Assembly (NCBI GenBank): GCA_976226885.1 | Contig: OZ320321.1 | Span: 17,608,001 to 17,672,000, forward strand | Length of the DNA: 64,000 nt | Reading direction: 5' to 3' | From: Iphione sp. A-MEVVRFRX5 | Lineage: Eukaryota | Part shown: positions 48,501-53,239 of the stretch, one piece after another | Position numbering within the stretch: position 1 is the first letter of the stretch | How the letters are laid out: each line of letters begins with the position of its first letter | Program-made: the position numbers and the translations under genes | The notes under the pieces: generated by a model | Databases searched by the model: none | What the model was told of the DNA's origin: nothing | The model's input: only the letters and a program-made list of their open reading frames with translations

Positions 48501-51500
48501 AAAGAGTACTTTAGAGGAACATTACAGCAAGAATATTAGACATGTGCAGGAAAAGGTGTACTTCATATAAACTTTATTCCAATGGTCACCTTTTGTTCAG
48601 TATTTCTATTTTCTGAAAGTCAACACCTACGATTCAATACTCTACTATGAACGGTCAAGTGCTGTTCTGATATTCACCCACTTTACCAAGCTACCTAAGT
48701 ACGTGCTCGCAAGGGGACTTAACAAGTGCAACCTGTGTCTAAGTTGTTTTAGTTATTTGCTGTTACATATTACAATGTATGTGTAATGATATCTTGTCAG
48801 AGGAATCCCATTGCTATTTTTATTCTTCTATACAAAGCCTGTGCGATATGTAATGTAATTTTCGACTATGCAATGCAATTGATACGAAATTGAAAAGATG
48901 AAATAACCAAGCGGGGGAGGGGGGGGGCGGAATATGATATGTCAAGGATAGATACATGTAATAGAACTCCATAAGTGACACAAAATATTTCCATTTTTAA
49001 CGGCCATAGACATTCATAAAGAACTACAGTGTATTTGTAATACACCTTTATTTTTCGTAAGGAGAATTGGCAAATTTTGAGATTTTGGGCGTGGCTTTTC
49101 CTTTCCCTTAATTAGGAGGCTGGAAATTCAACTCAATCTTTCTTTTTTTGCTAGGAATTCTAACAGATATATAAATACGAGAATACTGGATCCGTTGTTC
49201 GGCCTGTATATTGTTTCAGGTATAAGCTACGTTTATGTTAGTTTCGACGTGATTTTCCTCTTTGCCTCCATGATTAGAAAGGGAGCTGAGCACGAAATGG
49301 TTAGGAATGAAGTTTTTCTTAGGTTAGGAATGGCATCGGGTTGAAGTAGCTGCATTAAATTTTTGCCACGACATAGAGTGATGAAGCAACAATACCAGCA
49401 TACGCCATAATGAGCCTAAACAAAAGATACTAAAGGAAAGTGGAAAAAAAACTAACATGTGGTTAACATAAACACAATGCGAGGCTTTTTTCTAACACTA
49501 AAACAAAGGGAACGTCCATTAATATCTAGGTTTACAGATACATCCCTCCAGGGTTTTGTCAGGTGTGTCCAGACGGACAGAGAAAACAAGGTTAATGCAA
49601 TGCTTGACCCAGCAAGTACGTGCCCTAAAAAGTACGCTCTGCTAGGAGAGTTATTATTCGTAGTGACATAGGTATGTGTTGTTCAGGTGCATCTGCGACT
49701 TATTAAGCTTGACACCACAGGATAAAAACGTCCGCTGCTCTTGTAACTAAAAAAGAGGGTTTTCCCTATGATCCTACAGTTACTTCTCTGCTCAACTGTG
49801 TACTCTGGTTTTGGGGGGATTATGCTTATCACCAAACATTTCTCTATGCATTATGTGTATTGTATAAGGCAGTCTTTCCGTGTGTACAAAAATATGCACA
49901 GTCCCACTTTCAGATAAAAAAAAAGTATGCATGGCACAGAATAGGACTTTCCATGTGCACATAGCTAACACAATAGACAAAGATCTCTATTCAGGGATGG
50001 CAGAGAACTAATTTGGTTATGATATGTTCCAATGAAACTGGTACCACACGAAAGCTGAGGAAACCGGCCACGAGGAAGACAATGGTGTATAGTACATGTC
50101 TATAACATTAGTCTTTATGAAGGTATTCACAGAACCAAAAAAAGTGTTCCATAAGGACAATGGTCAGGGTGGGTTGGGTTGTTACCGGAAACAGAGGGTT
50201 TTTTTTCAATAGGCCTCAATGGAGATTAGACATTCATAAGGATCCCTCACCATATGAAGCAATTCAACCATTTGTGAGTGAGCATATCACTGAATTATTT
50301 CTTCACCTGGAACTCACAGCAAATTAGTACACACTTTTAAATGGGTGGCTTGGCCACAGTGGAGACCTGGTGAAAAGACCAGATCACAGAAGAAGACCAA
50401 ACTGGGAGGGGTTGGGGGAGGGAGAGACCAAGTTTTCTCAGACCAAATCATTCTTTTTCTTTCTATGTAGAGTATGCTGAATGAAACCAAACCGTAAGAG
50501 AGATCAAAATTGGCCAGTCCCTTAAAGCTTGATCTCCCACAGGAGTCTCCGCTGTTTCGACCAAATTGTTAGCAACGGCTGCTGCTGCCTTGGGCCAGTG
50601 ATTACAGCATTCAGATTTCTCACATTTGCCCTAATTAGAAGTGCTCTCGTGCACTTAGCTCCCATGGATTATTCGTTAGCCTAGACTTTGCGGGGTAAGC
50701 TTGCTGGTAACAGTTAAGAAGAACGCATTTGCGAAATACACAGGGAGTGGGGGGGGGGGATTTGAAAGATGCAAAGCAGAGGGGGGACTATTCTTGCGAA
50801 ATGCAAAAACAAGTCTTTTATTTCAACGCCTAACGTCGTTTGCCCTTGTAATTTAATGACAATTGGGAAAATGATTATTAAGCGTTTTTATATATTGATG
50901 AAACGTTCTCCTCGAGGGGTTGAGCCCCCCCCCCGTAGTTATTCCGGGTGTAGAAGGGAAATAGTGAAACAATTGAAGCTATCAGTAATGGACCTATCGC
51001 CGACGGTTGAATAAACGGGTACCACTGACGCGTTTTTTATCGTTTGTGATGTCATGATGGGAATCGACCAATCAAATTGCTTAAAATTATGTCAATTTTG
51101 TGACAAGTAAAAGTTATGTCGGCATGACCCGTTTATTCAACCTTTGGCGATGGGCTCATTGCGCTAGTATTGCAAGTAACATCCCAGAACGATGTATACA
51201 TTAGAGTGGAAACTCTCTTCAATAACCACCATTATATATCATACCTTCTCTGGTCCTTACAAGAGGTGTTTATCAATGACAGGTTGTATTTTTAAAAAAA
51301 CTACGGTGGTACCCTATGTGTCCTTGTCTTTAAATGGAGTGGTTGTTTCCAGAGAGGTGGACGTGTCCCAATCTCCATTGTACTGGTGGTTACTCTATAC
51401 ACGCTGCATCTCAGTTCAGGTGCAATTAACTCCCTCCGACGCTTCTAAATCCTCGCTTAATCCAGTACCCTCGTTATTCCAGCCAGAATAACTGGGCACA

Positions 51501-52895
51501 GGATGAAACCTTGCATAACATCTCGAATGCAACATTTCAACGCCTCTCAATTCCAACCAGTACAACTTGGAACCAATTGTGGTCGGAAAAGTAATGGATT
51601 TCTCTCTCTATGGCCCTTATCGCCTTTTTGGACTCATTTGAAGAGCTTTTCAAGGCTCATGGAAACAAACAAATAAACATGTATACAAATATATAACTAC
51701 AGAAATACATGCAGCATTTTAGAAGGGAGAAAGTGCCCGCGAGACAAACTCTTTTCAAGGAGAGATCCTGCTTATGATGTTCTGGCGTAAGGACCTATAA
51801 AAATATATCTGTGTTCTCAGTAGCCCTACTGACTCTCATTTTAGCCCCAGTGGAACATTTTATTTTCAGTTTGTTTTGTAAATATCTTCAGAATGAATAA
51901 GGATAGAAACCTATATGCTTCAAACTTCAACTTCAAACTTCACCACTTTCTTCCCTGTGATCTTAGCTTTAATAGTATACCATTTTTATTACAATCTAAG
52001 CAGTGGAAGTGATATCACCATATACATTTTTTAGCTTTCAGGATCCATTAACATTGGAAACAGAAAGAAAACAACACACCTTCCTATCGACCCTATCTTT
52101 TTTTAATGTTGGTAGAAACATATATATATACTTTTTTCTGGTCCCAATTAATATTTGGTAACCCTTTTGTTTATTCAGAAGCAGTGGAAAGCCGTCAAAA
52201 GGAACACCTTTTTGTTTTTTCCCCCTAACTGTCTCCAGTTGATACACGTCCAACTTTACTGTAGAGATGAATACAAAATGTTCTTTTCTTCGTTTTTGAT
52301 GTGGCCAGTACGTCCACTGCTGGTGCTACCAAGACAGTTGCGGCTGATTTGAAACCTGGCCAGTAGGAAAAACAAACTTTTTTTTTCTCAAAAGCGTCCC
52401 TATATGAGGTGTGTCCTAAAGGTGGCATTCCTCTGTAAAATGGCGCGGTTCTCAGGGGATAGGGTTTTTGTCTCGGGAAAGAGTGGGTATTGAATCCAAG
52501 ATAATTATATGGGAGGATTTAAAACAGCACGGAGGGACAACTCGACTCACTGTGTAACAACAATTCGTAAGAGTAAAGGTTTCGAGAAATCATGACACAA
52601 CCCTGGGGAATGAGATCCTGTACACTCGTCGGGTGTAGAAGACCCTAACATGCAGTCCATACAGTGGAACCCTCGACTAATAATGTATATGCCAATCACA
52701 TTATGTTATATAACAGATAACATTCGTGTACGATTGGTACTAGCTGACTGGTACAAGTGAAAGAGAAGTCGGTCACATTTGTAAGTAATTATAAGAGAAC
52801 AATCAGCGGACACTCTACTTACTGACATCCGTGGCCTCCGGGGTGCAGGAAAAACCCAGCACCAGGAGGAGGACGACCAGGAGAAGACGCTCCAT
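238..52895 (-). CDS. PKHD1L1: Fibrocystin-L (PKHD1-like 1) orthologue, multi-exon gene, 3'-incomplete (61 coding exons in window)
   Basis: Hand-spliced minus-strand exons with GT-AG junctions and continuous phase. Domain order: signal peptide, TIG (ITSITPRYGSLNGETRLTI), PA14, TIG array, cupredoxin-like (VGDTVQWTW), G8 (VWSSQFTW...), PbH (AGQAFRLGRYAIHFH, FLEDGIE), second G8, PbH (DCVDMDCDG, GPQDHGWCFGYTCQKRLSTF). This order matches the PKHD1L1 family as I recall it. Confidence 0.96.
651..1157. mobile_element. PIF/Harbinger-type MITE with nested Tc1/pogo MITE
   Basis: TAA|GGGGCTGTTCACATG ... CGTGTGAATACACCGCC|TTA; loose TIR match; 670-847 inserted just inside the left end. Confidence 0.4.
670..847. 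mobile_element. Tc1/mariner-pogo type MITE
   Basis: TA|CAGTAGAGCCTCT ... AGAGGATCTACTA|TA; internal GAGACCA repeats; 178 bp. Confidence 0.7.
1217..1462 (-). CDS. PKHD1L1: Exon 60
   Basis: GIIRNDQC...GPQDHGWCFGYTCQKRLSTFSLVLAMG; 246 nt, phase 1-1, gtaagt donor. Confidence 0.95.
1952..2266. mobile_element. PIF/Harbinger-type MITE
   Basis: TTA|GGTGCTGTTCACATAT ... ATATGTGAACAGCGCC|TTA; near-perfect TIR, TTA TSD. Confidence 0.82.
2311..2546 (-). CDS. PKHD1L1: Exon 59
   Basis: RINPADCVDMDCDGQKKAILDDQDGSFLG...APHKG; 236 nt, phase 2-1. Confidence 0.95.
2868..3033 (-). CDS. PKHD1L1: Exon 58
   Basis: DTIFANFKAKC...DDAQHPI...FRPNIG; 166 nt, phase 1-2. Confidence 0.92.
3895..4126 (-). CDS. PKHD1L1: Exon 57
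   Basis: NSVILGPSSTFDC...PKKPWTNIMAYNSIGGLTYIHG; 232 nt, phase 0-1. Confidence 0.94.
4366..4550 (-). CDS. PKHD1L1: Exon 56
   Basis: GCSQIRGFTVYKAWDFGIYFQ...KFVTIK; 185 nt, phase 1-0. Confidence 0.94.
4600..4884. repeat. Compound microsatellite (ATGT)n/(AGGT)n/(CA)n
   Basis: Directly visible in intron 55. Confidence 0.97.
4888..5187 (-). CDS. PKHD1L1: Exon 55
   Basis: IQDSGIDNKFRNNLV...GNVVAGSERAGY...WSNNVAHS; 300 nt, phase 1-1. Confidence 0.94.
5960..6193 (-). CDS. PKHD1L1: Exon 54
   Basis: GYARISNVEFYHSGQEGW...FSPAIG...DNVIYHTVG; 234 nt, phase 1-1. Confidence 0.95.
6510..6586 (+). repeat. GCGCCACCTGG dispersed repeat arm
   Basis: GCGCCACCTGGAC-N~9-CAGGTAGACACCTGGTGTC...GGCACTAAAG; a degenerate inverted arm lies at about 6300-6340. 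Confidence 0.8.
6614..6781 (-). CDS. PKHD1L1: Exon 53
   Basis: VTSETVGARTIEMAAEVGLLTRNIKVIG...FGARVLVG; 168 nt, phase 1-1. Confidence 0.93.
7012..7078 (+). repeat. GCGCCACCTGG dispersed repeat arm (degenerate)
   Basis: GCAGCGCCACTGGGAC...GAGACACCTTGTGTCCACTTCTGGAACTAAAG. Confidence 0.7.
7166..7367. other. Assembly gap (202 N)
   Basis: Run of N; hides the end of exon 52. Confidence 0.99.
7368..7599 (-). CDS. PKHD1L1: Exon 52 (3' end lost in N gap)
   Basis: GVFGGLDLHG...DWVVGDEVVIAPTGYSAWETE...LTLNGT then runs into Ns; donor not visible. Confidence 0.92.
7646..7777. repeat. (TAGGG/TAGGC)n microsatellite
   Basis: Directly visible in intron 51. Confidence 0.95.
8074..8346 (-). CDS. PKHD1L1: Exon 51 (G8 domain 2)
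   Basis: GRWVVVDGPLPVMGKLYIYGVLEF...GPNMGAKSIG; 273 nt, phase 1-1. Confidence 0.95.
8595..8665 (+). repeat. GCGCCACCTGG dispersed repeat arm
   Basis: CAGTCGACTGCAGCGCCACCTGGAC...GAGACCCCTAGTGTC...GGTATTAGAG. Confidence 0.8.
8880..9057 (-). CDS. PKHD1L1: Exon 50 (start of G8 domain 2)
   Basis: DCGLPLDP...LWTNTSVW...LPRDGDDVMIKDG; 178 nt, phase 0-1. Confidence 0.92.
9641..9744 (-). CDS. PKHD1L1: Exon 49
   Basis: VSGRSSRKKRAAIPGPETGTVDRHIHFKVFRCQYT; 104 nt, phase 1-0; a second in-frame acceptor 6 nt downstream gives start 9738. Confidence 0.88.
10058..10226 (-). CDS. PKHD1L1: Exon 48
   Basis: PNDYVIMSHDLTQSPDRF...NGDYYFDTATTTMSYL; 169 nt, phase 0-1. Confidence 0.93.
11109..11535 (-). CDS. 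PKHD1L1: Exon 47 (5' end lost in N gap)
   Basis: LNSPNKIGWRWLHEGAYLDMDGSLTG...KRITHKDGWM...YQGTFYDLG; gtgagc donor; acceptor in gap. Confidence 0.93.
11536..11690. other. Assembly gap (155 N)
   Basis: Run of N; hides the start of exon 47. Confidence 0.99.
11845..12298 (-). CDS. PKHD1L1: Exon 46
   Basis: FGIWIFQEFYP...EKGAEWVSVGAVQF...GGFTYK; 454 nt, phase 2-0. Confidence 0.95.
12338..12510. repeat. GCGCCACCTGG family, fold-back copy (two inverted arms)
   Basis: Left arm CATGAACTTACC...GACACAGGTGTT; right arm CTGCAGTGGCGCCACCTGTAC... Confidence 0.7.
12692..12936 (-). CDS. PKHD1L1: Exon 45
   Basis: YNLAIFVKSSTSLQNDDITPAAYW...AAGGTHFGFWYR...NNTVHSHGW; 245 nt, phase 0-2. Confidence 0.96.
13615..13738 (-). 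CDS. PKHD1L1: Exon 44
   Basis: SFNRAVNIHGTHN...GGAVFLEDGIETGNTFQ; 124 nt, phase 2-0. Confidence 0.96.
14255..14498 (-). CDS. PKHD1L1: Exon 43
   Basis: GEFATQTCFQGRFGEE...AGQAFRLGRYAIHFHLNG; 244 nt, phase 1-2. Confidence 0.96.
15157..15360 (-). CDS. PKHD1L1: Exon 42
   Basis: AVSNDGRTLTL...RAEIGLLTRNVLVRGS...CPEGFNTG; 204 nt, phase 1-1. Confidence 0.95.
15706..15873 (-). CDS. PKHD1L1: Exon 41
   Basis: KAPNVVWTVLQATANAG...WEVGAFIAIAPTG; 168 nt, phase 1-1. Confidence 0.94.
16128..16257 (-). CDS. PKHD1L1: Exon 40 (G8 domain 1)
   Basis: VGTEASPFQHKAIITLHGH...ELPVYGTKTIAVREGQLHLHG; 130 nt, phase 0-1. Confidence 0.95.
16291..16500. repeat. GCGCCACCTGG family, fold-back copy (two inverted arms)
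   Basis: Left arm CATGAACTTACC...CCAGGTGACGCCACTGCAG; right arm CTGCAGTAGCGCCACCTGGAC...GACACATAGTGTC...GGTACTGAG. Confidence 0.8.
16605..16684 (-). CDS. PKHD1L1: Exon 39 (G8 domain 1)
   Basis: GKLIFDEADVELQAENILITNGGTLQ; 80 nt, phase 1-0. Confidence 0.94.
16930..17086 (-). CDS. PKHD1L1: Exon 38 (start of G8 domain 1)
   Basis: DNADFEYIDVWSSQFTW...VLLDVDTPVLKILLING; 157 nt, phase 0-1. Confidence 0.95.
17085..17436. repeat. 46-bp tandem repeat, about 8 copies, containing the exon-38 splice acceptor
   Basis: Units start at 17085, 17131, 17177, 17223, 17269, 17315, 17361, 17407. Confidence 0.97.
17726..17882 (-). CDS. PKHD1L1: Exon 37 (TIG)
   Basis: SDQGQVTITLAGTACQI...ICRTGSH...NGIATQ; 157 nt, phase 2-0; not captured by the ORF track. 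Confidence 0.9.
17950..18190. repeat. (GGA)n purine-rich low-complexity tract with an internal duplication
   Basis: GGA runs; GAAGAGGATGAAAGAAG(A/G)GCATAACAGATGATGGAGG occurs twice. Confidence 0.93.
18308..18385 (+). repeat. GCGCCACCTGG dispersed repeat arm
   Basis: GTCGACTGTAGCGCCACCTGGAC...GTAGACACCTAGTGTCCACCACTGGTACTAAAG. Confidence 0.85.
18742..18913 (-). CDS. PKHD1L1: Exon 36 (TIG)
   Basis: AFTYSSSLTPTISDVTPRRGGTGGGTLITIAGTGFG; 172 nt, phase 1-2. Confidence 0.94.
19330..19820. repeat. About 103-bp tandem repeat, 5 copies, containing the exon-35 end and donor
   Basis: gtcgacatac|ctggcgtcttggcaggtgtgatac recurs with boundaries at 19367, 19478, 19581, 19684, 19790. Confidence 0.97.
19790..19936 (-). 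CDS. PKHD1L1: Exon 35 (TIG)
   Basis: GSYGGGQTIALSGAGF...CGNPC...LTCITPAKTPG; 147 nt, phase 1-1. Confidence 0.92.
20474..21967 (-). CDS. PKHD1L1: Exon 34, giant exon with about 5 TIG repeats
   Basis: GVANPSDTSLCPG...TPTVTQMLPTEGSAA...TVSPTQG; 1494 nt open frame, phase 1-1; repeated P-x-x-G-S/GG-T-x-L-T-I-x-G-x-GF motif. Confidence 0.96.
22551..22724 (-). CDS. PKHD1L1: Exon 33 (cupredoxin-like domain, part 2)
   Basis: GLYRYQFATAGTYYYWSGFVDG...LRGTVTV; 174 nt, phase 1-1. Confidence 0.93.
23008..23193 (-). CDS. PKHD1L1: Exon 32 (cupredoxin-like domain, part 1)
   Basis: YAWEPLNLQVQVGDTVQWTW...GFSSGTATPQG; 186 nt, phase 1-1. Confidence 0.93.
23528..23775 (-). CDS. PKHD1L1: Exon 31 (TIG)
   Basis: ITNIFPTSGSKEGGSTLTVTGTGF...GNTGVHPG; 248 nt, phase 2-1. 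Confidence 0.94.
24334..24529 (-). CDS. PKHD1L1: Exon 30 (TIG)
   Basis: GGETLTITGTGFG...LPALPPGAYPLRILVGNAGFAD; 196 nt, phase 1-2. Confidence 0.93.
25005..25134 (-). CDS. PKHD1L1: Exon 29 (TIG)
   Basis: TAGSVDVVV...FTYDTALTATVSSIDKNTVSVQG; 130 nt, phase 0-1. Confidence 0.92.
25775..26110. mobile_element. PIF/Harbinger-type MITE inserted in the exon-28 splice donor
   Basis: TTA|GGCAAAAATTAGGTGTGTTTATGGTAACCAACC ... GGTTGTAACCAGAAACACACCTTATCTTTTTGGCC|TTA; a homologous right half occurs at about 54690-54915. Confidence 0.8.
26115..26239 (-). CDS. PKHD1L1: Exon 28 (TIG)
   Basis: GGTLLAITGTGFS...ITCRTPAK; 125 nt, phase 1-0. Confidence 0.93.
26497..26772 (-). CDS. PKHD1L1: Exon 27 (TIG)
   Basis: TTITLTGSGFS...QIQCAVG...INPASGSLAG; 276 nt, phase 1-1. 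Confidence 0.94.
26820..27167. mobile_element. CAGG-family MITE (degenerate)
   Basis: TAGGTCTGTAGCCAAGG ... CCTGACTACAGGC; ATGTG on both flanks. Confidence 0.5.
27447..27552 (-). CDS. PKHD1L1: Exon 26
   Basis: VRVDIDGITSQCSGSCDFEWSEAATPSLTSGTPSTG; 106 nt, phase 0-1. Confidence 0.92.
27938..28057 (-). CDS. PKHD1L1: Exon 25
   Basis: DDSSLTG...DGGVFFDPIPGDLLRTIHETEQ; 120 nt, phase 0-0. Confidence 0.93.
28748..28905 (-). CDS. PKHD1L1: Exon 24
   Basis: GVPAGITAEDL...RTGSCAGYQWAVTW...GDQPLLVM; 158 nt, phase 1-0. Confidence 0.92.
28893..28965. repeat. 44-bp duplication of the exon-24 acceptor
   Basis: gacacctggaggaggaca occurs at 28901 and 28945. Confidence 0.9.
29114..29264 (-). CDS. PKHD1L1: Exon 23
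   Basis: VQEEQG...RLQAATPPIGGTFDL; 151 nt, phase 0-1; less common AAG acceptor. Confidence 0.85.
29232..29520. repeat. About 165-bp diverged duplication spanning the exon-23 acceptor
   Basis: gtgacgttttcgttcccttgttcctcttgtac (29233) vs gtgacgttttcgtacccttgttccgcttgtac (29396), with matching flanking intron. Confidence 0.88.
29766..29914 (-). CDS. PKHD1L1: Exon 22
   Basis: VGSYRRLRPPMW...GCAHDLPLFSLLGAE; 149 nt, phase 1-0. Confidence 0.88.
30305..30483 (-). CDS. PKHD1L1: Exon 21
   Basis: WSYVCLDV...DYFVDELLI...DVQG; 179 nt, phase 2-1. Confidence 0.91.
30505..30600 (-). repeat. GCGCCACCTGG family, reverse arm (degenerate)
   Basis: GAACTTACCGG...ACTTTGGACCAGG...CTGAGATATAGTACAGATGACAC. Confidence 0.55.
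30623..30783. mobile_element. MITE with CAGG TIR and 5-bp TSD (hAT5-like, inferred)
   Basis: GAAAT|CAGGCCGGTAGCCAAGG ... CCTGGCTACAGGCCTG|GAAAT. Confidence 0.8.
31094..31236 (-). CDS. PKHD1L1: Exon 20
   Basis: VCFAYKGHLQQKIYVSY...IPQAD; 143 nt, phase 0-2. Confidence 0.9.
31497..31745 (-). CDS. PKHD1L1: Exon 19
   Basis: IQQAITDLFSVRCP...EPFCGSTSLKNP...STGQ; 249 nt, phase 0-0. Confidence 0.93.
31741..32030. repeat. 51-53 bp tandem repeat, about 6 copies, containing the exon-19 acceptor
   Basis: gatctgtgat units with the acceptor CT at 31746, 31810, 31863, (31914 mutated), 31967, 32018. Confidence 0.95.
32175..32338 (-). CDS. PKHD1L1: Exon 18
   Basis: GDMAML...VTETTKG...TAPISKSASNSQ; 164 nt, phase 1-0. 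Confidence 0.91.
32470..32536 (+). repeat. GCGCCACCTGG dispersed repeat arm
   Basis: GGCGCCACCTGGAC...GTAGACACCTAGTGTC...GGTACTAAAG. Confidence 0.85.
32980..33123 (-). CDS. PKHD1L1: Exon 17
   Basis: PLSGTSSASTVKTELNALPSI...YDVTFNSDLG; 144 nt, phase 1-1. Confidence 0.91.
   Translation of the reverse strand, partial: HPCQEPAVPPPLRPSSTLCRPSPPILSACRRHPFREAWPMTSHSTQT
33975..34021 (+). repeat. GCGCCACCTGG family partial arm abutting the exon-16 donor
   Basis: TTAGGTAGACGCCTGGTGTC...GGTACTAAAG|ttac. Confidence 0.7.
34025..34145 (-). CDS. PKHD1L1: Exon 16
   Basis: SIKLENW...EIQRVVV...FRLGMNGVFTA; 121 nt, phase 0-1. Confidence 0.9.
34216..34373. mobile_element. MITE with CAGG TIR and 5-bp TSD (same family, opposite orientation)
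   Basis: AAGTG|CAGGCCCTTAGCCAGG ... CCTTGGCTACGGGCCTG|AAGTG. Confidence 0.8.
34707..34869 (-). CDS. PKHD1L1: Exon 15 (PA14 C-terminal part)
   Basis: YPIYQIVKEIGG...SEQQTIFTTSTVKTEIQ; 163 nt, phase 2-0. Confidence 0.9.
35334..35422 (-). CDS. PKHD1L1: Exon 14 (PA14)
   Basis: ELIASAPRVASGSYKESQISEKIFLEGQK; 89 nt, phase 0-2. Confidence 0.88.
35790..35870 (+). repeat. GCGCCACCTGG dispersed repeat arm
   Basis: GGGTATTGCAGTCGACCGTAGCGCCACCTGGAC...GTAGACACCTGGTGT...GGTACTAAAC. Confidence 0.85.
36203..36471 (-). CDS. PKHD1L1: Exon 13 (PA14)
   Basis: GNRGITWEYW...RMGGYFIPPRDSDYRFYLKSDD...; 269 nt, phase 1-0. Confidence 0.94.
37003..37180. mobile_element. Tc1/mariner-pogo type MITE
   Basis: TA|CAGTAGAACCTCTCTA ... 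TAGAGGGGTTCCACTG|TG; 178 bp. Confidence 0.75.
37299..37394 (-). CDS. PKHD1L1: Exon 12 (TIG)
   Basis: TTCRVVDVQDNQIICETEPKP...KYDG; 96 nt, phase 1-1. Confidence 0.9.
37800..37901 (-). CDS. PKHD1L1: Exon 11 (TIG)
   Basis: EVYNVTPSTGSVEGGTRLTVSGRFFYDPAEVRVG; 102 nt, phase 1-1. Confidence 0.93.
38638..38708 (-). CDS. PKHD1L1: Exon 10
   Basis: SGASASAYRVTAKDKITMFQSFA; 71 nt, phase 2-1. Confidence 0.92.
39092..39134 (-). CDS. PKHD1L1: Exon 9
   Basis: GNSNVTFILEGALGR; 43 nt, phase 1-2. Confidence 0.9.
39391..39467 (-). CDS. PKHD1L1: Exon 8
   Basis: YGIALDKDGKANTGYMKCKLGGTFIG; 77 nt, phase 2-1. Confidence 0.92.
39491..39812. mobile_element. PIF/Harbinger-type MITE
   Basis: TAA|GGCAGTGTTCACATG ... 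CATGTGAACAGGGCC|TAA. Confidence 0.78.
39965..40039 (-). CDS. PKHD1L1: Exon 7
   Basis: VYVGDQKCELRRDDGIDEPDIDDEL; 75 nt, phase 2-2. Confidence 0.9.
40588..40855. repeat. 31-33 bp minisatellite, about 9 copies
   Basis: Consensus gtataaaaactggtgaatgtcactggaaaaa. Confidence 0.95.
41467..41560 (-). CDS. PKHD1L1: Exon 6
   Basis: GSIIQINGRIMTTRYGSN...STNGRTEKILR; 94 nt, phase 1-2. Confidence 0.92.
41829..41886 (-). CDS. PKHD1L1: Exon 5
   Basis: AHPHWTPNVDSLSPSDTFPG; 58 nt, phase 0-1. Confidence 0.88.
42305..42378 (+). repeat. GCGCCACCTGG dispersed repeat arm (degenerate core)
   Basis: GCAGCGCTGCCTGGGC...GAGACACCTAGTGTCCATCTCTGGTACTAAAG. Confidence 0.75.
42845..42950 (-). CDS. PKHD1L1: Exon 4
   Basis: RMPHDNYYVRISVDG...CRFT; 106 nt, phase 2-0. 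Confidence 0.93.
43310..43451 (-). CDS. PKHD1L1: Exon 3
   Basis: NFARDQFSFGEG...LGNKVTLVS...CDIHKDGTHETQIMCYTQ; 142 nt, phase 1-2. Confidence 0.94.
45044..45358. mobile_element. PIF/Harbinger-type MITE
   Basis: TAA|GGCGGCTATCACATG ... CATGTGATAGGAGCC|AAA. Confidence 0.6.
46563..46640 (-). CDS. PKHD1L1: Exon 2 (first TIG)
   Basis: NTRITSITPRYGSLNGETRLTIYGQ; ttacag acceptor, gtaagt donor; 78 nt, phase 1-1. Confidence 0.94.
46919..47123. mobile_element. PIF/Harbinger-type MITE (degenerate)
   Basis: TTA|GGCCTGAAAAAATCTGTTTGTGGTAAC ... GTTACCAGAAACATAT...AGGCC|TTG. Confidence 0.45.
47990..48570. repeat. About 54-bp diverged minisatellite, about 11 copies
   Basis: Consensus aatcatgttatacaacatgtgcaggaaaagggtacctcataggaacattacagc. 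Confidence 0.93.
50987..51160. mobile_element. Palindromic MITE-like element with 34-bp arms
   Basis: AATGGACCTATCGCCGACGGTTGAATAAACGGGT (50987-51020) vs reverse complement of 51127-51160: 29/34 identical. Confidence 0.65.
52823..52895 (-). CDS. PKHD1L1: Coding exon 1, signal peptide
   Basis: cgccATGG (strong Kozak), MERLLLVVLLLVLGFSCTPEATDV, then A|gtaagt; 73 nt, phase 1, joins exon 2 in frame. Confidence 0.88.
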
Positions 52896-53239
52896 GGCGT
52901 GAGGACGCGGCGTCCGGGTCCACGGGACGCTGATTATAACAAACGCTTATTATTCTTCTTCTGTACGAAACGATGTCTCCGACCAACAGAGAAAACAAAC
53001 TAATGCTTGATCAGTTTTCTTTGCAAACTCAAACCCGTGGGTGTTGTCGAGTCTTCAGTCACTGCTGGACCTCAGAATACAGACGTCCTGGTTGATTGTA
53101 AAAAGCGGGCTACTCTATTCACGCAACGGATTAATGTGGAGGTCGGACCCTTAGTAGAGTGAGGTGCTTAAATGGACTTGAAGTACGTGAGCGGTTGGTG
53201 AGCTTTCTCGGGGTTGTGGGCAAGCCGACGGCTTGGCCG

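Noticed and set aside
51192-51491. 99-aa plus-strand ORF in intron 1
   Set aside because: No recognisable motif or splice signals, and it begins in AT-rich non-coding sequence.
52225-52350. Phase-1 acceptor in intron 1 giving GFKSAATVLVAPAV...
   Set aside because: No convincing donor or homology, and exon 1 joins exon 2 directly in frame.
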